Below, piece after piece: positions 24,113 to 38,800 of a DNA stretch of 64,000 nucleotides. Where the stretch lies: contig DF237016.1 of assembly GCA_000708835.1 (NCBI GenBank), positions 1 through 64,000 on the forward strand, read 5' to 3'. Source of the DNA: Klebsormidium nitens (taxonomy: Eukaryota > Plantae > Klebsormidiophyceae). The translations under genes were made by a program, and so were the position numbers. The notes beneath the pieces are model-generated. The model saw only the letters and a list, made by a program, of their open reading frames with translations, made no database searches and was not told the DNA's origin. Numbering within the stretch: the first letter of the stretch is position 1; each line of letters begins with the position of its first letter.

Positions 24113-27100
24113 ATGGCGCGTCTTGTCATTGATGTGGACAGTGACTCTGAGGAGGACAAGAAGGGGATGTCTCGTCAAGGTCACAGCTTTACGGCTACCA
24201 CCACAGGAGCAAACGGACATGTGCTCGATACAAAACCCGACATCAAGAAACTTCTTTTTTCTGGAAAGAGCCCGATGCCTGCCGTGGACACTGCTGAAGA
24301 AACGGCTGCGGGAATCAGCGGGCGGTGCAAAGTTGGTGCAAGCGAGGGCCGCCCGCCCAAGCGGATAAAGACAGAGCCTGGGGAGGCGCCTGTTGAAGGG
24401 GCTGACAGGCAGGGTCAGCTTCCCGGGGGAGCCGTTCAGAATGGTCTTAGCCCAGGGGGGCACGGTCCTTTTGTGGACGTGAAACCAAAGTTGGAGCCTG
24501 TTGAGAAAGCTGGTGGCGAAAGGGCGCCAGAAAGTCTTGGTGGCATGCCGCCAGCTGGCAACAAGGCATCTTTGAGTTCGGAATTGCATAAAGCATCAAT
24601 CAGCAGTGCGGGCCAGCCAGCTGGCACAACCAACGCGGATGAGGACGCACTTCCCGAGACAGGCTCATCGGAGCCAGACCCTGATGAGGGGCTAGAGGAG
24701 GGCGAGATTGAAGATGTTGACGCCAGAATTCTGCAGGAACTGGAGGAGCAGGTGCGCAAGCATGCGGAGCTGCTGAAGAAGAAGCAGGAAGAGCTGGAGA
24801 GGGGGGCCGCGGGCGGGGGCAGCCAAGGCCCCTCGCAAAGCCAGGGTCTGGAGGCGGGGAACGGCAGTGGCCCAGAGAGCCGAGAACTTGTCCGTGCAAT
24901 TGGGATTGATAGCAATGCTGCGGAAGGGCCCCCACGCCGGGCGGGGGGGAACCGGCAGTTCTGGCATGCTGGGGAGTACGAAGTACAGCAAGGGATTGTA
25001 CCAGAAACAACAGGTGCGCTGCAGCTTGTAAAGAAACTGGGGACAAGGCTAAGCTTTTTCTATCTCGGGCTTGGCCAGCGTCCGGGCAGGTGAGACGGAC
25101 CATCAGTATGAGGGCTTTGGAGCCTGGTCGTCAACAGCGGCTATACCCACGGCAGAAGCAAATGAACTTTTGATGGAACTTAACCTTTTGTATCATGGCC
25201 TCTGACATTTCCACCTGGCATAATTGTGAAAGGAGCTGTACCATCTAGAAGAGCCTGTCCCGCCAGTTCGATTTTCAAATAAGCCTCCTTTAATATGACC
25301 ACCACGGATTGTGTGATGAGGGCAACACTGCAGGCCACAGGGAGTAGCCCATCTTGTGGTCTTTGCGTTGGCACTCGCTGTGATACAAGTGTTTCTTATG
25401 TTGGAATGTCTGTTTTAATGCAGTTTCCTTCAAAAAGTACTGCAAACACCATTTGAGTGGGCCAGTAATTGGCAGATTGTCAAGTTCCTTGTCGTTGAGG
25501 CATTGCAATGTTCTGAATACAAGAACAGAGGCACCATGAGAGCTCTAATGACCAACACGGAAGCAGGGTGTGTAATGAAAAGTCAATGATGACTTTCTTT
25601 ACTACAAGATATTCTTTAGATGACTTTCTGAAACCCCAGAACTCGTCTGCCCTTGCAGGCAGCATGGCCCACGTGCGTGTGCACCCCAAGTTTCTGCACA
25701 GCAACGCGACAAGCCACAAGTGGGCACTGGGCGCCGTAGCAGAGTTGTTGGACAACGCCCTCGACGAGGTGCAAAACGGCGCCACTTTTGTCAGCATTGA
25801 CATGGAGCTCAACCCGCGCGCCGCACTTGGAGTGGAACCCATGCTAGTTGTCGAAGGTGGGAGCCGCTGGCCAGGGTTAAAGACAGCATCTTGGTCTGTT
25901 GCAAGTCGGATCTTCTCTGCATTCACTTTGGCGCCAGCCTCCTCCTGCCAAAAGTTGCACTTTTGGATCAAGGCAAACAGATGACGAAAAATACCTGCAG
26001 TGTGACGATTATTATTCATCTGGGACTACACGGGTGTATACATGTTGCGTGACCTGCACGTGTTGACCCATGTCTGACCTGTTCTTTCGAGCTTGCCTGC
26101 AGATGACGGAGGCGGCATGGACCCTGACCGCCTGCGCAAGTGCATGAGCCTGGGCTACTCCGCCAAGACCAAGCTGGCCAACACCATCGGCCAGTGTGAG
26201 CCGCCCAGGTTTCCGGCCAACTTTGCTTTTTGGTCATACCCTGAAAAGCCGTTCTATTATGCCAACTGTGTCATGTACAATATGCATTATCCCCAATGCT
26301 TTAGATCTCAGCGGTTGTCCTTTTTATCCTTCTGTGGACTCTTCATAGCCGTCAGATTGCATGTCTGGACAGATGGGCGCTTACCTTATTGTGCGCTTCT
26401 GATTCGGTCCTTCCGTTTGCAGATGGCAACGGCTTCAAGACCAGCACCATGCGGCTGGGTGCTGACGTCATCGTGTTCACGCGCTGCCCTGGCATGGGGG
26501 GGCGACCTGCCACTCAGAGCATCGGCCTGCTGTCCTTCACGTTCCTCAAGAAGACGGGGCACGAGGACATTGTGGTGCCCATGGTGAGCATACCCTGGCT
26601 TCCTGAAACTGCTCCCCTGTGTACTTGTCCTCACTTTTGACTTCGTGTACCAGGCCATCAAATCGATGAGTGATGGATTGGGTGGCAGCAGCTCTCCTTG
26701 CGTCTAATTCTGGTTTCTGGGCCTGGGCCACATGAAGGACGTCACTGGAAGGTCTGGTGTCTGGTGGTCCGCATTGTTCCTGTCCTCCTTTCTCAAGGCC
26801 TGTGCTCGAGGATTTGGCAGGGTCTCGGTCGTCCTTGCACCACCTCGACAGTCCATGCATCCCTTTGAGAACGGGTTGCTGTTGGAGAACAACCGGATTA
26901 AGCCGAGCACCTTTTTGGTTCCTGGTGTACCACCATCGGCTGTCGACTTACCAATGGTGAGAGGCTTAGAACTTCTGGCCTCTACTTCCAGGTGGATTTC
27001 GAGGTGGGCGCCGAGGGCACGCTGCGCCCCGTCCTGGCGGGATCCCTGGAGGACCATGCGCGCAATTTGGACACCATCTGCGAGTGGAGTCCCTTCGCAA

Positions 27101-30100
27101 CGCAGGAGGCGCTCCTCGACCAGGTGGGCTGTCGCCAGAGCGTTTGATTGCCAGCCGATTAAAGACATGATGATCAGGATAAATTGAAGGTTGCTGACAG
27201 TTGTTGATTCACCATTTTTGCTGGACTTGTCCCGCTTTTCCGTTGGCTGCTACATGTCATGTATGGAGGCGTGAGCCCTGTCTTGGTTGTGCAGTTTGGC
27301 GGCCTGGGCTCTCACGGGACGCGCGTGGTGATCTTCAATCTGTGGGAGAATGACGACGGCCTGCTGGAGCTCGACTTCGAGACGGACCCGCGCGACATCC
27401 TGCTGCGCAGCCGTGATGTCGACACCGAGAAGGCCGAGGCATTCCCGGACTCGCACGTCTACTTCACCTACATGCACTCACTCAGGGTGCGCTCACATTT
27501 TTCCTCTCTTTGTTCGCCCGCTTGTGCGATTGCAAGTATGGTCGTCATGTTGGAATGCATGGCAGCCGGCTGAAGGCGTTCGTGTGAGTCGTAGCTGCCT
27601 CATTATTATCAAAACTCTATCAAAATTTTGTTGCTTTCTGGGTAGTTCCTTTCCCTCATTCTTCGTGGCTCTACATTTCTGCCCCAACGTACTTTCAAAT
27701 CAGACCGAGGTCCCGTTTTTCGATTGCGCTAGCATCACCCGCGTCGTTCGGAACCCCACGATCCGCATTCGTTTCGCTTGAATTGCCTGAATAAAAAGCG
27801 GAATGCTCAGCCGCAACACGATAGAGTCAACCCGAGGACCGCTATAGAGCATGTGTTGATTTCGCTCCGGCCCTTCTTCTGGCAGAACTACGCGTCCATT
27901 CTGTACCTGTCGCTCCCCCCCGGCTTTCGCATCTTCTTGCGCGGGGCCGAAGTGCAGCACCACTCACTGGCGCACACCCTGCGCCACGCCAAAGAGCTGC
28001 TGTACCGGCCCCACATGGGCGAGGACGCACGCGAGGTGAGCACTACCTGGGGCTTCAAGTCATGCTTACGCCATCGACGACGTCACCCGGGTTTTTGGTG
28101 GTTGTAGGTCTTTTGAGATTGGAGCTTTCTTGTTTGTTCTATTGCTTTGCCGGAAGGAGTGGCCTGCTCCGAGGCTGGTCGGCAATCTTCTCCCCATGGA
28201 CATGTTCCCTTGGGTGCTCGCACTTTAGGTTTCTGCTAAAGTCTGCCCGATTCAGTCCCTCCCTGAAGATCGTTTCTTCCGACGTACAGAACGCCAGCGT
28301 TGTGACCACGCTCGGGTTCTGGGTGGACTCCCCTCCGCTGGACGTGCAAGGCTTCAACGTGTACCACAAGAATCGACTCATCAAGGTAAGCGAGGCCTTG
28401 TCGAAACCGGATCTTACCAGCAGCTATCAGCCTGGCAACTTGGCAGGAGGGACGGAACAGAAAGAGCCTTGCACGGAGGGAGATTCACGATGGAGTATCT
28501 TCTAGGGAAGTCTCGTCAACTACTCTATCCATATGCGAAGGTCCTGAACTGGAAAATCATAAGGGCGGAGCAGTATTTCACCGTTGTCCTTCGTACATCC
28601 AAGTTGGATCGTTTTTCCTCCCGTGGATTCCATCCTTTCAGTGCTGCCCCTAAATTCCTTGCTGATTGGTGTGCTTCTGTTGCAGCCCTTTTGGCGGGTG
28701 TGGAACAGCGCGAGCAGTAACGGACGAGGAGTGGTTGGTGAGTGGATTTGCCTAGCTACCTTCCGTCAGTGTTAAGCTTTCAGAGAGTGGAAAGTGCAGA
28801 AGAGCTAGGCGCATTACGCCTTGAGGTGGTCTCTACGGTCTGAATCGCAAAAATGGTCCGTTTGCGGTGCTCTGATAAGGAAACTGCTTATCAAGGGAGG
28901 AATTGTGAATCCTTGACAACAGACTCGGACGTCGGCATACTCCGCCTTCTGCTGATGCCTGCTGACTGTGTTTGATTCCTCTGGCTTCGTCTGTTGCTGA
29001 GCTAGTGTTGATTTCGTTGGAGCACGTCAAAGATTTTTGGGTGTTCCCGAGCTTGCTATAGCCACCTACTGGCAGGGTTGAAGTGGCCACGCCAAAGACT
29101 GCCGAAAAGGCCTTTAAGCGGTAGCTATTAAACAGACCACTGATAAGATTGAATGGTGGTTCACTTAAGGTGCCACCTCTTCGCTATTGCGGGATTGCTG
29201 GTCTCTCCCAATGCTGTCTCTCTGCTGCTGACGCCCCGGTTCCGCTTCGTGGTGCAGGCGTGCTGGAGGCCAACTTTGTGGAGCCTGCGCATGACAAGCA
29301 AGGCTTTGAGAGCACGCCCGTGCTGCAGCGCCTTGAAAAGTGGCTCGCGCGCTCGCAGAAGGCCTACTGGTGAGCTGAGAGCACGTGCTGCCATCCTCGT
29401 TTCCCAAAATGCTTGGAGACCTGACTTTGTACTTCTCCAGATTGTCAGGCAGCGACTGCTTCAGTAGCCAGACATGCCTTCATTCTTGCAAAATGTCGAA
29501 GATGCTGCAGCCTGAATTTTGACAATCAAAGCTTTCTTCTCCTCGAAGAAGACCGAGCCCAGCCCCCTCGCCAAAAGGCCCTCCTCCTCGTGCCCTCCAA
29601 AGCACATCCGGTGACGTCAGCCTTCCGCAACGTGCAGGAACGAGTACTGTGTGCTGGTGGGGTATCAGGACAGGGCGACGTGGAAAAAGCGCAAGCCGGG
29701 CAGCGACCCGGCGTACCATGCCCCCAGCACTGCCAGGAGCCCCCGGGACGACCCACCGTTTACCCCGACTGAAGGAGGCGCAGGGCTGGACTCGCCCTCG
29801 GTAGGCGACCCCGGCGTCAGCCTTGCAGCCCCGCAGGAGACTGGGGGAACAATCGAAGGACTGGACCAGGAAGATCAACCGCTTCTGTATCGCGTAAGGA
29901 CGCCGAAGGCGATTGGGGGGTGGCAAAACGGGAGTCCGGCGGCAGGGGCTGAGGAGCCGAGAGGAAGCGGAGGCGTGGGGGGGCCATCGCCTGCAGAGAG
30001 GGCTGAGACGGCAGCCCGGGTGAAGCAGCTGGAGGCGGCGGTAATGGAGAAAGATGCGCTGCTAAAAGGGCTGGAGCAGCACGCGGGGAAACTGGTGGAG

Positions 30101-30952
30101 GCGGTCGGGGAGCGCGAGCGGCGCGCGGCGCAGCTGGAGGCGCAACTAGAGGAGGAGAAACGGACGGCGCGGCTGCTGGACGTGGCGATGGCCAAGCTGC
30201 GGGGCATGACTGCCGCGTGCGAGCAGCAGAAGGCGACCATCGAGCAGCAGAGAAGGGCGCTCGAGGTCGCCGAGAGGACCGCCGAGGCGCTCCGAGGTGA
30301 CGTCAGCAGGGAGGCTGCGAGAGTGGCGGCAGCGCAGAAGGAGATTGGAAGTGTGCGAGAGAGGGGGGAGGCAAAGGTGCGAGAAATGCAGGCGGAGTTG
30401 AACAAGGAGCGGGGCTGGAACGGCGAGCGCGCGCTTCAGCTGGTGAAAATGGAACAGGAACTGAGCGCCGCACGGGAAGGAAGTGGCGCGGCGCTGGCGG
30501 CCGAGCGCGCGGCGCACGCAAAGGCGCAGGAGAAGCTGAAGCTGCTGGCGCGGGACCACGTGCACCTGCGGCGGCAGCACGACGCGACGCTGCAGAACAT
30601 GGCGGCCCAGGGGGAGCGGATCGAGCAACTAGAGTGGCGGATCAGGGAGGGGGCCGAGCACAGGGTGAAAAGAGAGCCGGAGCCGATCAATGGAGGTGAG
30701 GGCGAACAAGAGGAGAGACGAGTAGGGGGCGAAAGGAGCGGAGGAGAAGGTGGGGGCGCGTTAAAGAAGATGCGGCGCACGTCCGACAGTTCAGAGGTTT
30801 TGGAGGGGGGTGTGAAGTGGCCGGTTGCGGAGGAGAGGTCCGTGAGCCACCGGAGTCTGGCGGGGGAGGAGGACGATCTGCGAGCCGAAATGCGGCGGCT
30901 CAAGGAAGAGTTCGCGGCGATGAAGGAGCTGTTGTTGAGCAAAAGCGGTTGA
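24113..30952 (+). CDS. MORC: MORC-family GHKL ATPase with S5 domain and long C-terminal coiled coil (~11 exons)
   Basis: First exon 24113-25013 contains RQFWHAGEY. Further motifs: HVRVHPKFLHSNATSHKWALGAVAELLDNALDE, DDGGGMDP, IGQYGNGFKTSTMRLGADVIVF, TQSIGLLSFTFL, GTRVVIFNLWENDDG, YASILYL, QGFNVYHKNRLIKPFW, GRGVVGVLEANFVEPAHDKQGFE, YWNEYCVLVGYQ. Last exon 29638-30952. Confidence 0.95.
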
Positions 30953-32803
30953 CACAGGTGTTTTGTACATACGGAATATGCTGAGAGGAAACTTCCCATA
31001 CCTGATACTGTGTCTATAGTAAGTATGCACTTTTGTGGCCTGACGTTGAGCAACGTCCCGCGGAATGCATGAACAGAAATATTGCGCCCAAATAGAGTCA
31101 CAGCCCTAGTCAACTTTAGTAAAGCCTTCTCAACGTGTGTTTGCTTAGAGGACGTTCTTATGAAATGTCAATGAGAAATCTAGTAGGGTTACTATAGGGG
31201 ATCGGTGATCTAGAAATGTCCCAGCTGTGCGAGTAAGGGCAGCCCCGTCAGACAGTCACTGGGTCGCTAGGCCGGTGCTGAACGTACACTAGTTCAGTTG
31301 ATCAATTCAAAGCCATGACGTCACTGTGAAAAATGGGACGCAAGCATTCAATATGTCAATGCATGAATTAGCTAGTATACGCAGTGCCAGCCATACCACG
31401 GTCATGCGCCGCATGCAACATGATTGTCAATCGGTGCGCACAAGCAAAAATATATCGACATTCGCGTAATGCATGCATGCAGTGCGCGCAGCTAGTACTA
31501 AGACGCGGTTCCGCTGAGTTTCGATCATTCTAATAATATAAGACGCGCCAGCGCACTGTAATTCGCGAATTCGACATATACATATATGCGTGGAGCTGCC
31601 GGATCGCTCCCTGTATATCGAGTTCGCTGCTTGTGGGCGCTGCCGGCGCCAGGACGCGGATAGACCCAACGCCCAGCTAGCTTGGGCCGCGGCGGCCATT
31701 AAAAGAATCGCTGTTAGTTATGACTCGGTGCTCGATACTTGATTGGCTCCGAAAGAATCGATGCACCTGAGGACTTTGGATCCCATCAGTCCCGGATGCC
31801 TGACAAGCGTTTTTGGATTGATTGCAAACCTGATCTCTTGCAGCATCGGTTCATTGCACAAATCAACAGGTTCCGATTCTCTGGTACACCTTTTCTTTGT
31901 CCATGCCATGTCAAGGTACCAATCAAGACACAGAAACTTTCGAAGGTTGTCTGACTCAAACAAGCCGTTTGATCGAATAGACAGATAGAAGCGGCTTTTT
32001 CACTGCCACCTCACTAAAACACGTATTTCACAGGCTTTGTGTCCATATTTTGATAAAATTATGCCTCACACATTTCGAATGCGTAGGCTGTACCTCTTCG
32101 ATTACCTCCTTCTCAGACCTGACCATGCTTCTGGACTAACGTTCAATCAGACTTCGAACTCAAAACTTGCCCGCTGCCTTGTGTGCAAACCACTGCTCCA
32201 ACACGCTCTGCACAGACAACCTTGATTCAGAACCGTCAGATGCCCAAGCGGATCTAGAGGGGTCGAATGTCTCGGGTCGCCATTAAAACCCTTGATGCCA
32301 CGGGCAACCTTGACGTATCAGATTTGCCAAGGCAGAGACGGCCTACAGAAAAGGGCGTACAACAGCGGACAATTCAACAAAGGCGAACGCTGCGGCAAGT
32401 CTCCCCAAACACCAGAGAAAGCCTTGGAAACCCAAAGCCGCTGACAGGCCGCCTTGTTTTGCCAATAGAAATGCTTTCGACTCGGTATGCTCATTACGCA
32501 GACAGAGCGCGACTCAAACGCGGTGTCGGAGCCCACACCGAAAGCAGCCTCGCGCTTTGCATGACGGACCACGAGTACAGCCGAAAAGCGAACCGTTTTG
32601 CAAGACCCAGCCCAAGGCACAAACCCCAATTCCAGTGATAGGTCTCCTGGTAAGTCCATCCCGATCGAACATAGAATCTACTCTTAAAAGCACGTGAGAG
32701 AAAAGAGTACAGGCAATGTCCTAGATACACAAAGGGCCCAAGTCCAATCTTTTCATCCTGCCCTCGGACTAAACAGTTTCCCAGAACATGTTGGGTCGCT
32801 CAC

Positions 32804-35800
32804 CGATCGCGAGGGGTGCTGAGCGAGTGCACATTCGATCTCGGCGGCGGTCACGAGGAGCTTCATCGGACGGAACTCGACGGGGTCACCACGCGGGCGC
32901 CTGTCCGCAAACGCCACCAGCTCGCGCCCCACCAGGTGCTGGAACGCCTGCCACGTGGCGGTGCCGGGGTCAGTCACATGGTCTTCAGTGGCACTTGCCG
33001 CAGGGACCTCCCCGGCTGCTTCGGAGACCTCGACAGCACCCAGTGGTATGTTTGCTCGCCGACGTGAGTAAAGCAAGATCCCAAAGGGAAACGCTGGAAG
33101 CAGAGCCTCAACGAGCCGCTTGGAAAAGAGTGCCTTTCCCTTGGTCGTGCATTCAGTGGGCCGGTCAAGCAGAGGCAACATTACCGGGCCGCTTGTGTGG
33201 TAACTGCTCAGTCGGGCTAGTGCACAGCCGGAGAGTCGGGCCTCACCCTGAGGGACACCCCGCGCGAGTAGACGTCAGCGGTGTTGTACAGCCGGAGCTC
33301 CTGGTACTCTGCACGCCATCCGATCCCACAATTTCAGCCATGCCTGACGACCAGCGTTAGCAGGGTAGCTGGCGGAACGACCTCGAAGATTAACCCCAGG
33401 CCGACCAAGACCGATTGGCACGGAAACCTCTGTACCCGGAAAACAGGATTGGATATTCGGAGAAACTGAAAGGCACGTGTAAACTGCGGAACACTTTGCG
33501 CTGGTCAATTCCCGGGCGAATCTGGCAGCTACCCCCGGGCCGAATAGACAAGTAAGTCTCAACAACTTCGATAACAAGATATCGCCCACCTACAGGTGGA
33601 GACTTCAGAATTGATCGTCTCTTAGACATGCCCACCTGCGAAGACCATGTTGAAGTTGTACTTGTCGCGCTCCTTCTCCTCGAGGCGCTTCATCGCAATA
33701 AGCAGATACAGCTCCAGCACGGACAGCCCTGCGACCACAAGGCTCAATCAGATTGACAACTCGAGCTTGGCCGCAAAGAGACGCTCGTAGGCAACTGCTA
33801 ACGTCCCCTTTTGCTTGCGGTGCAGGCAGCCTGCTCACGGGTCGCCCGTAGTCGCATCAATTCAATCAATAGAACCTACGGCTCTTGTCCACACGACGTA
33901 TCTTGAGGAATGCAACAAGAGTCGGTAGCAATTTGCTTAGAGTTCTAGGGTTTTTTCCTAACATTCGTGGGCTTTGGACGGGGTGAAGAAGTGCGCAGGG
34001 GATTCCGAGACGAGCCTGGGGGCCGACGTGCCCAAGCACGAGCAGGACTGAGCCAAACCAACGGAGTGAAGTACCCGGTTGAACCAGATACCAGTTCTCA
34101 AGAAGGAAAGCGCAGTTGGTTGCATGCACAAGGCAGGGCGTTACCTCGTATTGACTCGACGCGCGGCTCTATCTCGGCGGCATCCCTGGCGCTTTTGATG
34201 TCGTCCACCGTCAGATAACCGCGACTCCGGTCCATGCAGCACAAAGCGCGAAACCTGGACCGGATCAACGGAAAAGGCAAAATTTTGGCAGTGGTCGACT
34301 TGAACAGCGCTTCTCTAAGGAACAGCCAGTACGGAAAGGACAGAAGAGATAGAATCGGTTTCTCTTGTGTGCCGCGAAGCTCTATAAATACATATTCTCT
34401 TGCCGCTATAAACCAGTACCAGTCTCCAGTGATTGGTCAATGCCACCTTGTAGGTGGGAAATGAAAGACATCCTGAAAAACAAGGTGATTCAACCGTATA
34501 CAACATGGTCAGACTTCCGTTATTTTCTATTCTCCAAGACTTTGATTCGCCACCGACAACAGCTGAGAATGTCTGAGCCTCCTTAGAGATCTAGTCGTTT
34601 TCCATCTTCATTTGAGCGGCCGCGTCGCTGCCTGTGGTCCTAGCAAGTGCAAATCATGTAAGAGCTGCCCCATAAGTCCGTGACAAGGGGCTCCTCCTGT
34701 CGAGAGTAATGCAACGACTTACCCAAGGTCAAGAAGGTGTCGGGGGCTTTGGTTGCGGGATATGTGGAAGTCCAGAATGGACTGCACGTCCGGGTCGGCC
34801 AGCACTTCCTGCATGCGACCGCAATCGGACATCGAAAGGCGACTCTGACCCCCTGCCTCAAATTGAACGTCGAAGAGAGGGTGGGCACGACAACTCGACG
34901 TAAGGAGACATCCATAACAAGGTTTCAACCGACAATGCTTGGTCAGAGGGGTCACGCCGAAGCTGTAGCATGCAAACAGCGTGCGTTAGCAACGCCACTG
35001 CCGTGCCATTTGAGTTTCAGCGGGTAGAATACGCTCAATTTTCAGAAGCAAAGGGTCCAAGCAGACGGCGTTCTTGACTAGACACTCTGATTTCCACCTA
35101 CCTCCACTCGCTTGTTGAAGCGGTCCGCGAACTCGGGATAAGGGAATGATGGTGGCAACCGCAGCGCATCAGCCAGGATGCTGCAAAGAAGGGCCAGTGG
35201 GTTGGATGAGATCTCATTGGAGCTCCAGGCCTACTGCAATTGCTCGAGAAGTAAAGTGAATACAAGAACGAAAAACTGTTCCATTTGCGTGTGAACAGGC
35301 AAGCAGGATAAGAAGTGCGACCCCAACGTGACCCCAGCGCCGCGGCATGTAGATACTGCCTTCTATAATGCTGCGCCCTCTCTAACCTCGCATATGTCTG
35401 GTGCGAGATGACAAACTTTTTACTTATGTCTGCCGCTTCTTTCCGCATGCTGAACTTCTTTCTCAACGAAGGTCCCCTTTCAAGAAAGCTTGGGCGGTGC
35501 GGCACAGGCAGAACTCTCACCAACAAAGCGTCTCAATCTTGTCATGCACACTACAGGCTCTGACAATCCTTGCTTCTGGATCTAAGTGGGCAGTCGTCCG
35601 CACGTAGACCGACCAAGCATGGCCCGTATGCTGCTTGTCCTCTCCTCGCACGGCCTTGTCCGCATCTCGACCGAGTCTTGCCCAGGTCCTCGTGCAACAT
35701 CTTTTCCACACCGTCCGCATTCTGCGGCACCTCGTCCGGGCCGTATCCGCTCACCTGACAAGCTCGTTCGCCTTAGGTTCCAGCACCTGCAGCCGCCGGT

Positions 35801-38800
35801 GCGAGAAGCGCGACCGCACCCGCTTCTCCAGCAACTCGTCAGCGTCCTGCCCACAACAGACAGTTGGACGTTTGACACTGCTTACAGGTGCAAGGCACTG
35901 GCGGGCTTGATTTCCAACTGCGTTCGCGACTTGCCAATGGGCGAGACGACACTACTTTCCAGATGCACGTGATATCACCAATCAGAAACAATGATTCGAG
36001 AGAGGTAGCATGAAAAGAAGAAATCGAGCAAGGTAGCAAGAAAAGCATATTGAATGATAGGCACGTGGAATGGTCCGAGCGAGACAAGAAAGGACTGCAT
36101 CCAAGCTCAGGTCGCCTTTGGGGGCTCACCATGCGGCAGCTGATGCCCACGACGGCGGCCTGTGTCTTGGACGACTGGATCGCGTCCAGCAGATTATACA
36201 GCAGCGTCTGCTTTGGACGCTGCACACGAATGCGAACAAAAAGGTTTCAGCAAAAGTTCCCCGAGCAAAGGTCCAAAAGCGCCTCCAACAGCGTGGACAG
36301 GGAACGAACAACTGGCGTCGGCAAGAGGCAATGGCTCCGCGAGTTCGTCATTCGCGAACTTCAAGGAAAAGGTCTGAGATGAGTTTATGAAGGAGCATTC
36401 AGGACAGCTTTGGTAATGGGCTGGCGGATCGAGTCCTGTTACCTTCCGAAGTTATTCAAGGGGCCATGCAATGTGCAGGCGCTTTGGTTGGATTCGGTCG
36501 AATAGTCCCTTCATTGAATCTCTACTGGAATGCTTTAGTCCCGTTCTTTCTGAAGCTGCATGTTCTCTGCCATAGAGTGCTTTATAAGCAAGGGAAGAGC
36601 CGATCCGGTAGAAGACTTGGGGGGGGCTCACCTGGGCGAAGAGATCAAACTCGTCCAGAACGAAAATGACGGCGCGGTGAGCTTTCACGCACTCCCTGAT
36701 ATGAGGCAAGATCATTGTCAGCATTGAGTACGACAAAAGCGTAAAATTACCAGCTGAATCTCCGTTACGGTGTGTTCGGGAAACGAACGGGCCGGGCGAA
36801 AGAACCGCTTCATAGAAGAGGCACAAATCGATGAGTCGAACGTCGTCAAGCGCTTGTGGGTTACACACAGAATGAGTAAGGTTTCGGAGATCTTGAGGGA
36901 GGGTCTCCTCCCTCAAGATCGCGGGAGAAAGAAAGGGCAAAGCTTACGTCAGAATGTCGGTCAGGAAGCGCAGGTTCAACTCGAACGTGGACTGCAAGAC
37001 GACAAGCGCAGAATAGGCTTGAAATTGGTCCACATGTAATATCCTCATGCTTACTCTTTCGTACAAGAACCAGCTTTTGGGAAGAGACAAGGAGAAGATG
37101 GACGCACCAGAACTTTCGAGAGAGCGTCAACCTCTGTCCTTTGATACATCAGCGGCAGGGAAGGCGAATGCCCCTTGACTTTGCAAAGGTCCATCGAACA
37201 GAAGAAGCATCGTCCATGGGTTCCATAACCTTCATGGTCTCTGTAATGTGGACTTACAGTCTTGGAGGAGATGGCTAGATCGTTGTCCTCACACAGTTGA
37301 CGCGCAATCTCCTGCTCAATGACGAGATCTCCGGTTGAATAATGCTCGAGGAGTCTCAAAGCGTTCGCTCAGGGGTCGTTGACAATCTGAAGCGTCAGCG
37401 AGAGTGGCAATGTTCCAACACGAAACCAGCAGATGCATTCTCAAGCGGAACCAAAAGCTTCTGAAGATCGAAGTCAAAAGATCCGCGTACTTGATAACGG
37501 CTTTGGGAATTTGAATCATCCGTTTCTTTCATCCACCATGACACAAATCCTTCAAGACCAACTCTGGATGCTCTCTTCCCTGCGCTCTCAGGCTTGGAAG
37601 ATCCCACTGGCTTCGGCGAAGGGATTTGGATGGCCTGGGGGATCAGAAGGAGAACCTGCCCTTGTGAGAGCATAGCGTTGTGCACAAAACCAACGCCAGC
37701 AAGTCGGCTCACCTTGAGCGCAGTGCGCTCGTCCGCATGCACGAGACCGTTTAGTCGAACCTGCGCCAGAGACGCGGCTCAGAACAAAGAAACACAGCAA
37801 GAAGGTGGCGCTACAGGGCCTCTCTTGACGTTGGAGGGACGTCAAGGGTGGCCGCTTCAAACACTAGCTTAGCCCGCCCAAAGCATAGCGACGCTTCTGT
37901 GTTCAGTTCCAGTGGACTACTCATTAAGATCGGGGGACTATCAGATCGTCGAGGACACCACAGAAAACCGCTGCTCGCTGGCCCTCGAATCCAACTCAAT
38001 CAGATATGCAATCGTCACAGTCCATTGAAAGGACATCTCAGAAAAAAACTTTATTGGCACCGTCGATCACGCCACCTTCCCACCACGACGAGACTCACCA
38101 CGGTGACCCTCTCTTGGAACTCCTCTTGCAAGTCGCGGATCACTCCGTCCACGATCTGAAAGAGCACTCCAAAAGTGAGGGTTTTGCGCTCTGTCAAAGC
38201 CAAGTGCTGTGGAAAAAAGTATGCCGAAAGCTAACACTTTCAGAGCTCAGAATTTGGATTACAATAAAGCTGTTGTTTTCACAGTGCCTGCATTTGGTTG
38301 CTGATCAGTGAAAAATGGACAGCAAATCAATGCACAAGGGCAAACTCCACATTGGATCAGAGTCAGTATTTTAACAAGACGAAAGGAAGTGACCCCCGGC
38401 GAACACCCTAAAACCGCCTTCAACCAGAATCCTTCAATCGACGGTCGAATTGAGTAGATCTGATAAGTCAAGACCGTCGATCCTAGGAGGTTTAAGCTAG
38501 GAGGGGTCTCTCATGTCGGCTTGGGAGCGCAAGCTCTCCCTCCTCGACGTTCTGACAACCTTCTTTTTATGTATCTCGTCAGCCTGCAGCCTTGACCGGC
38601 CCCACTCCTTGTCCAGAATGCCAACGAACAGAAGTGCATCGTGGCACTTGCTTTCAGCAACCGTGTGTCTCTGACAAATGTGGCTAAGCACCACACTTTG
38701 GCTTCTCAATGTGGTGTCAAGAGACTTGAAAGGCACCAGTCGACGCACCGCGCTTTTCCCGCCCCCCCTGGGCCCCAGCAGCAGCGCTGAGACGTTGAGC

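Noticed and set aside
29875-31113. Minus-strand ORFs of 160-225 aa
   Set aside because: Antisense to the MORC coiled-coil exon; Ser/Ala/Cys-rich mirror translation.
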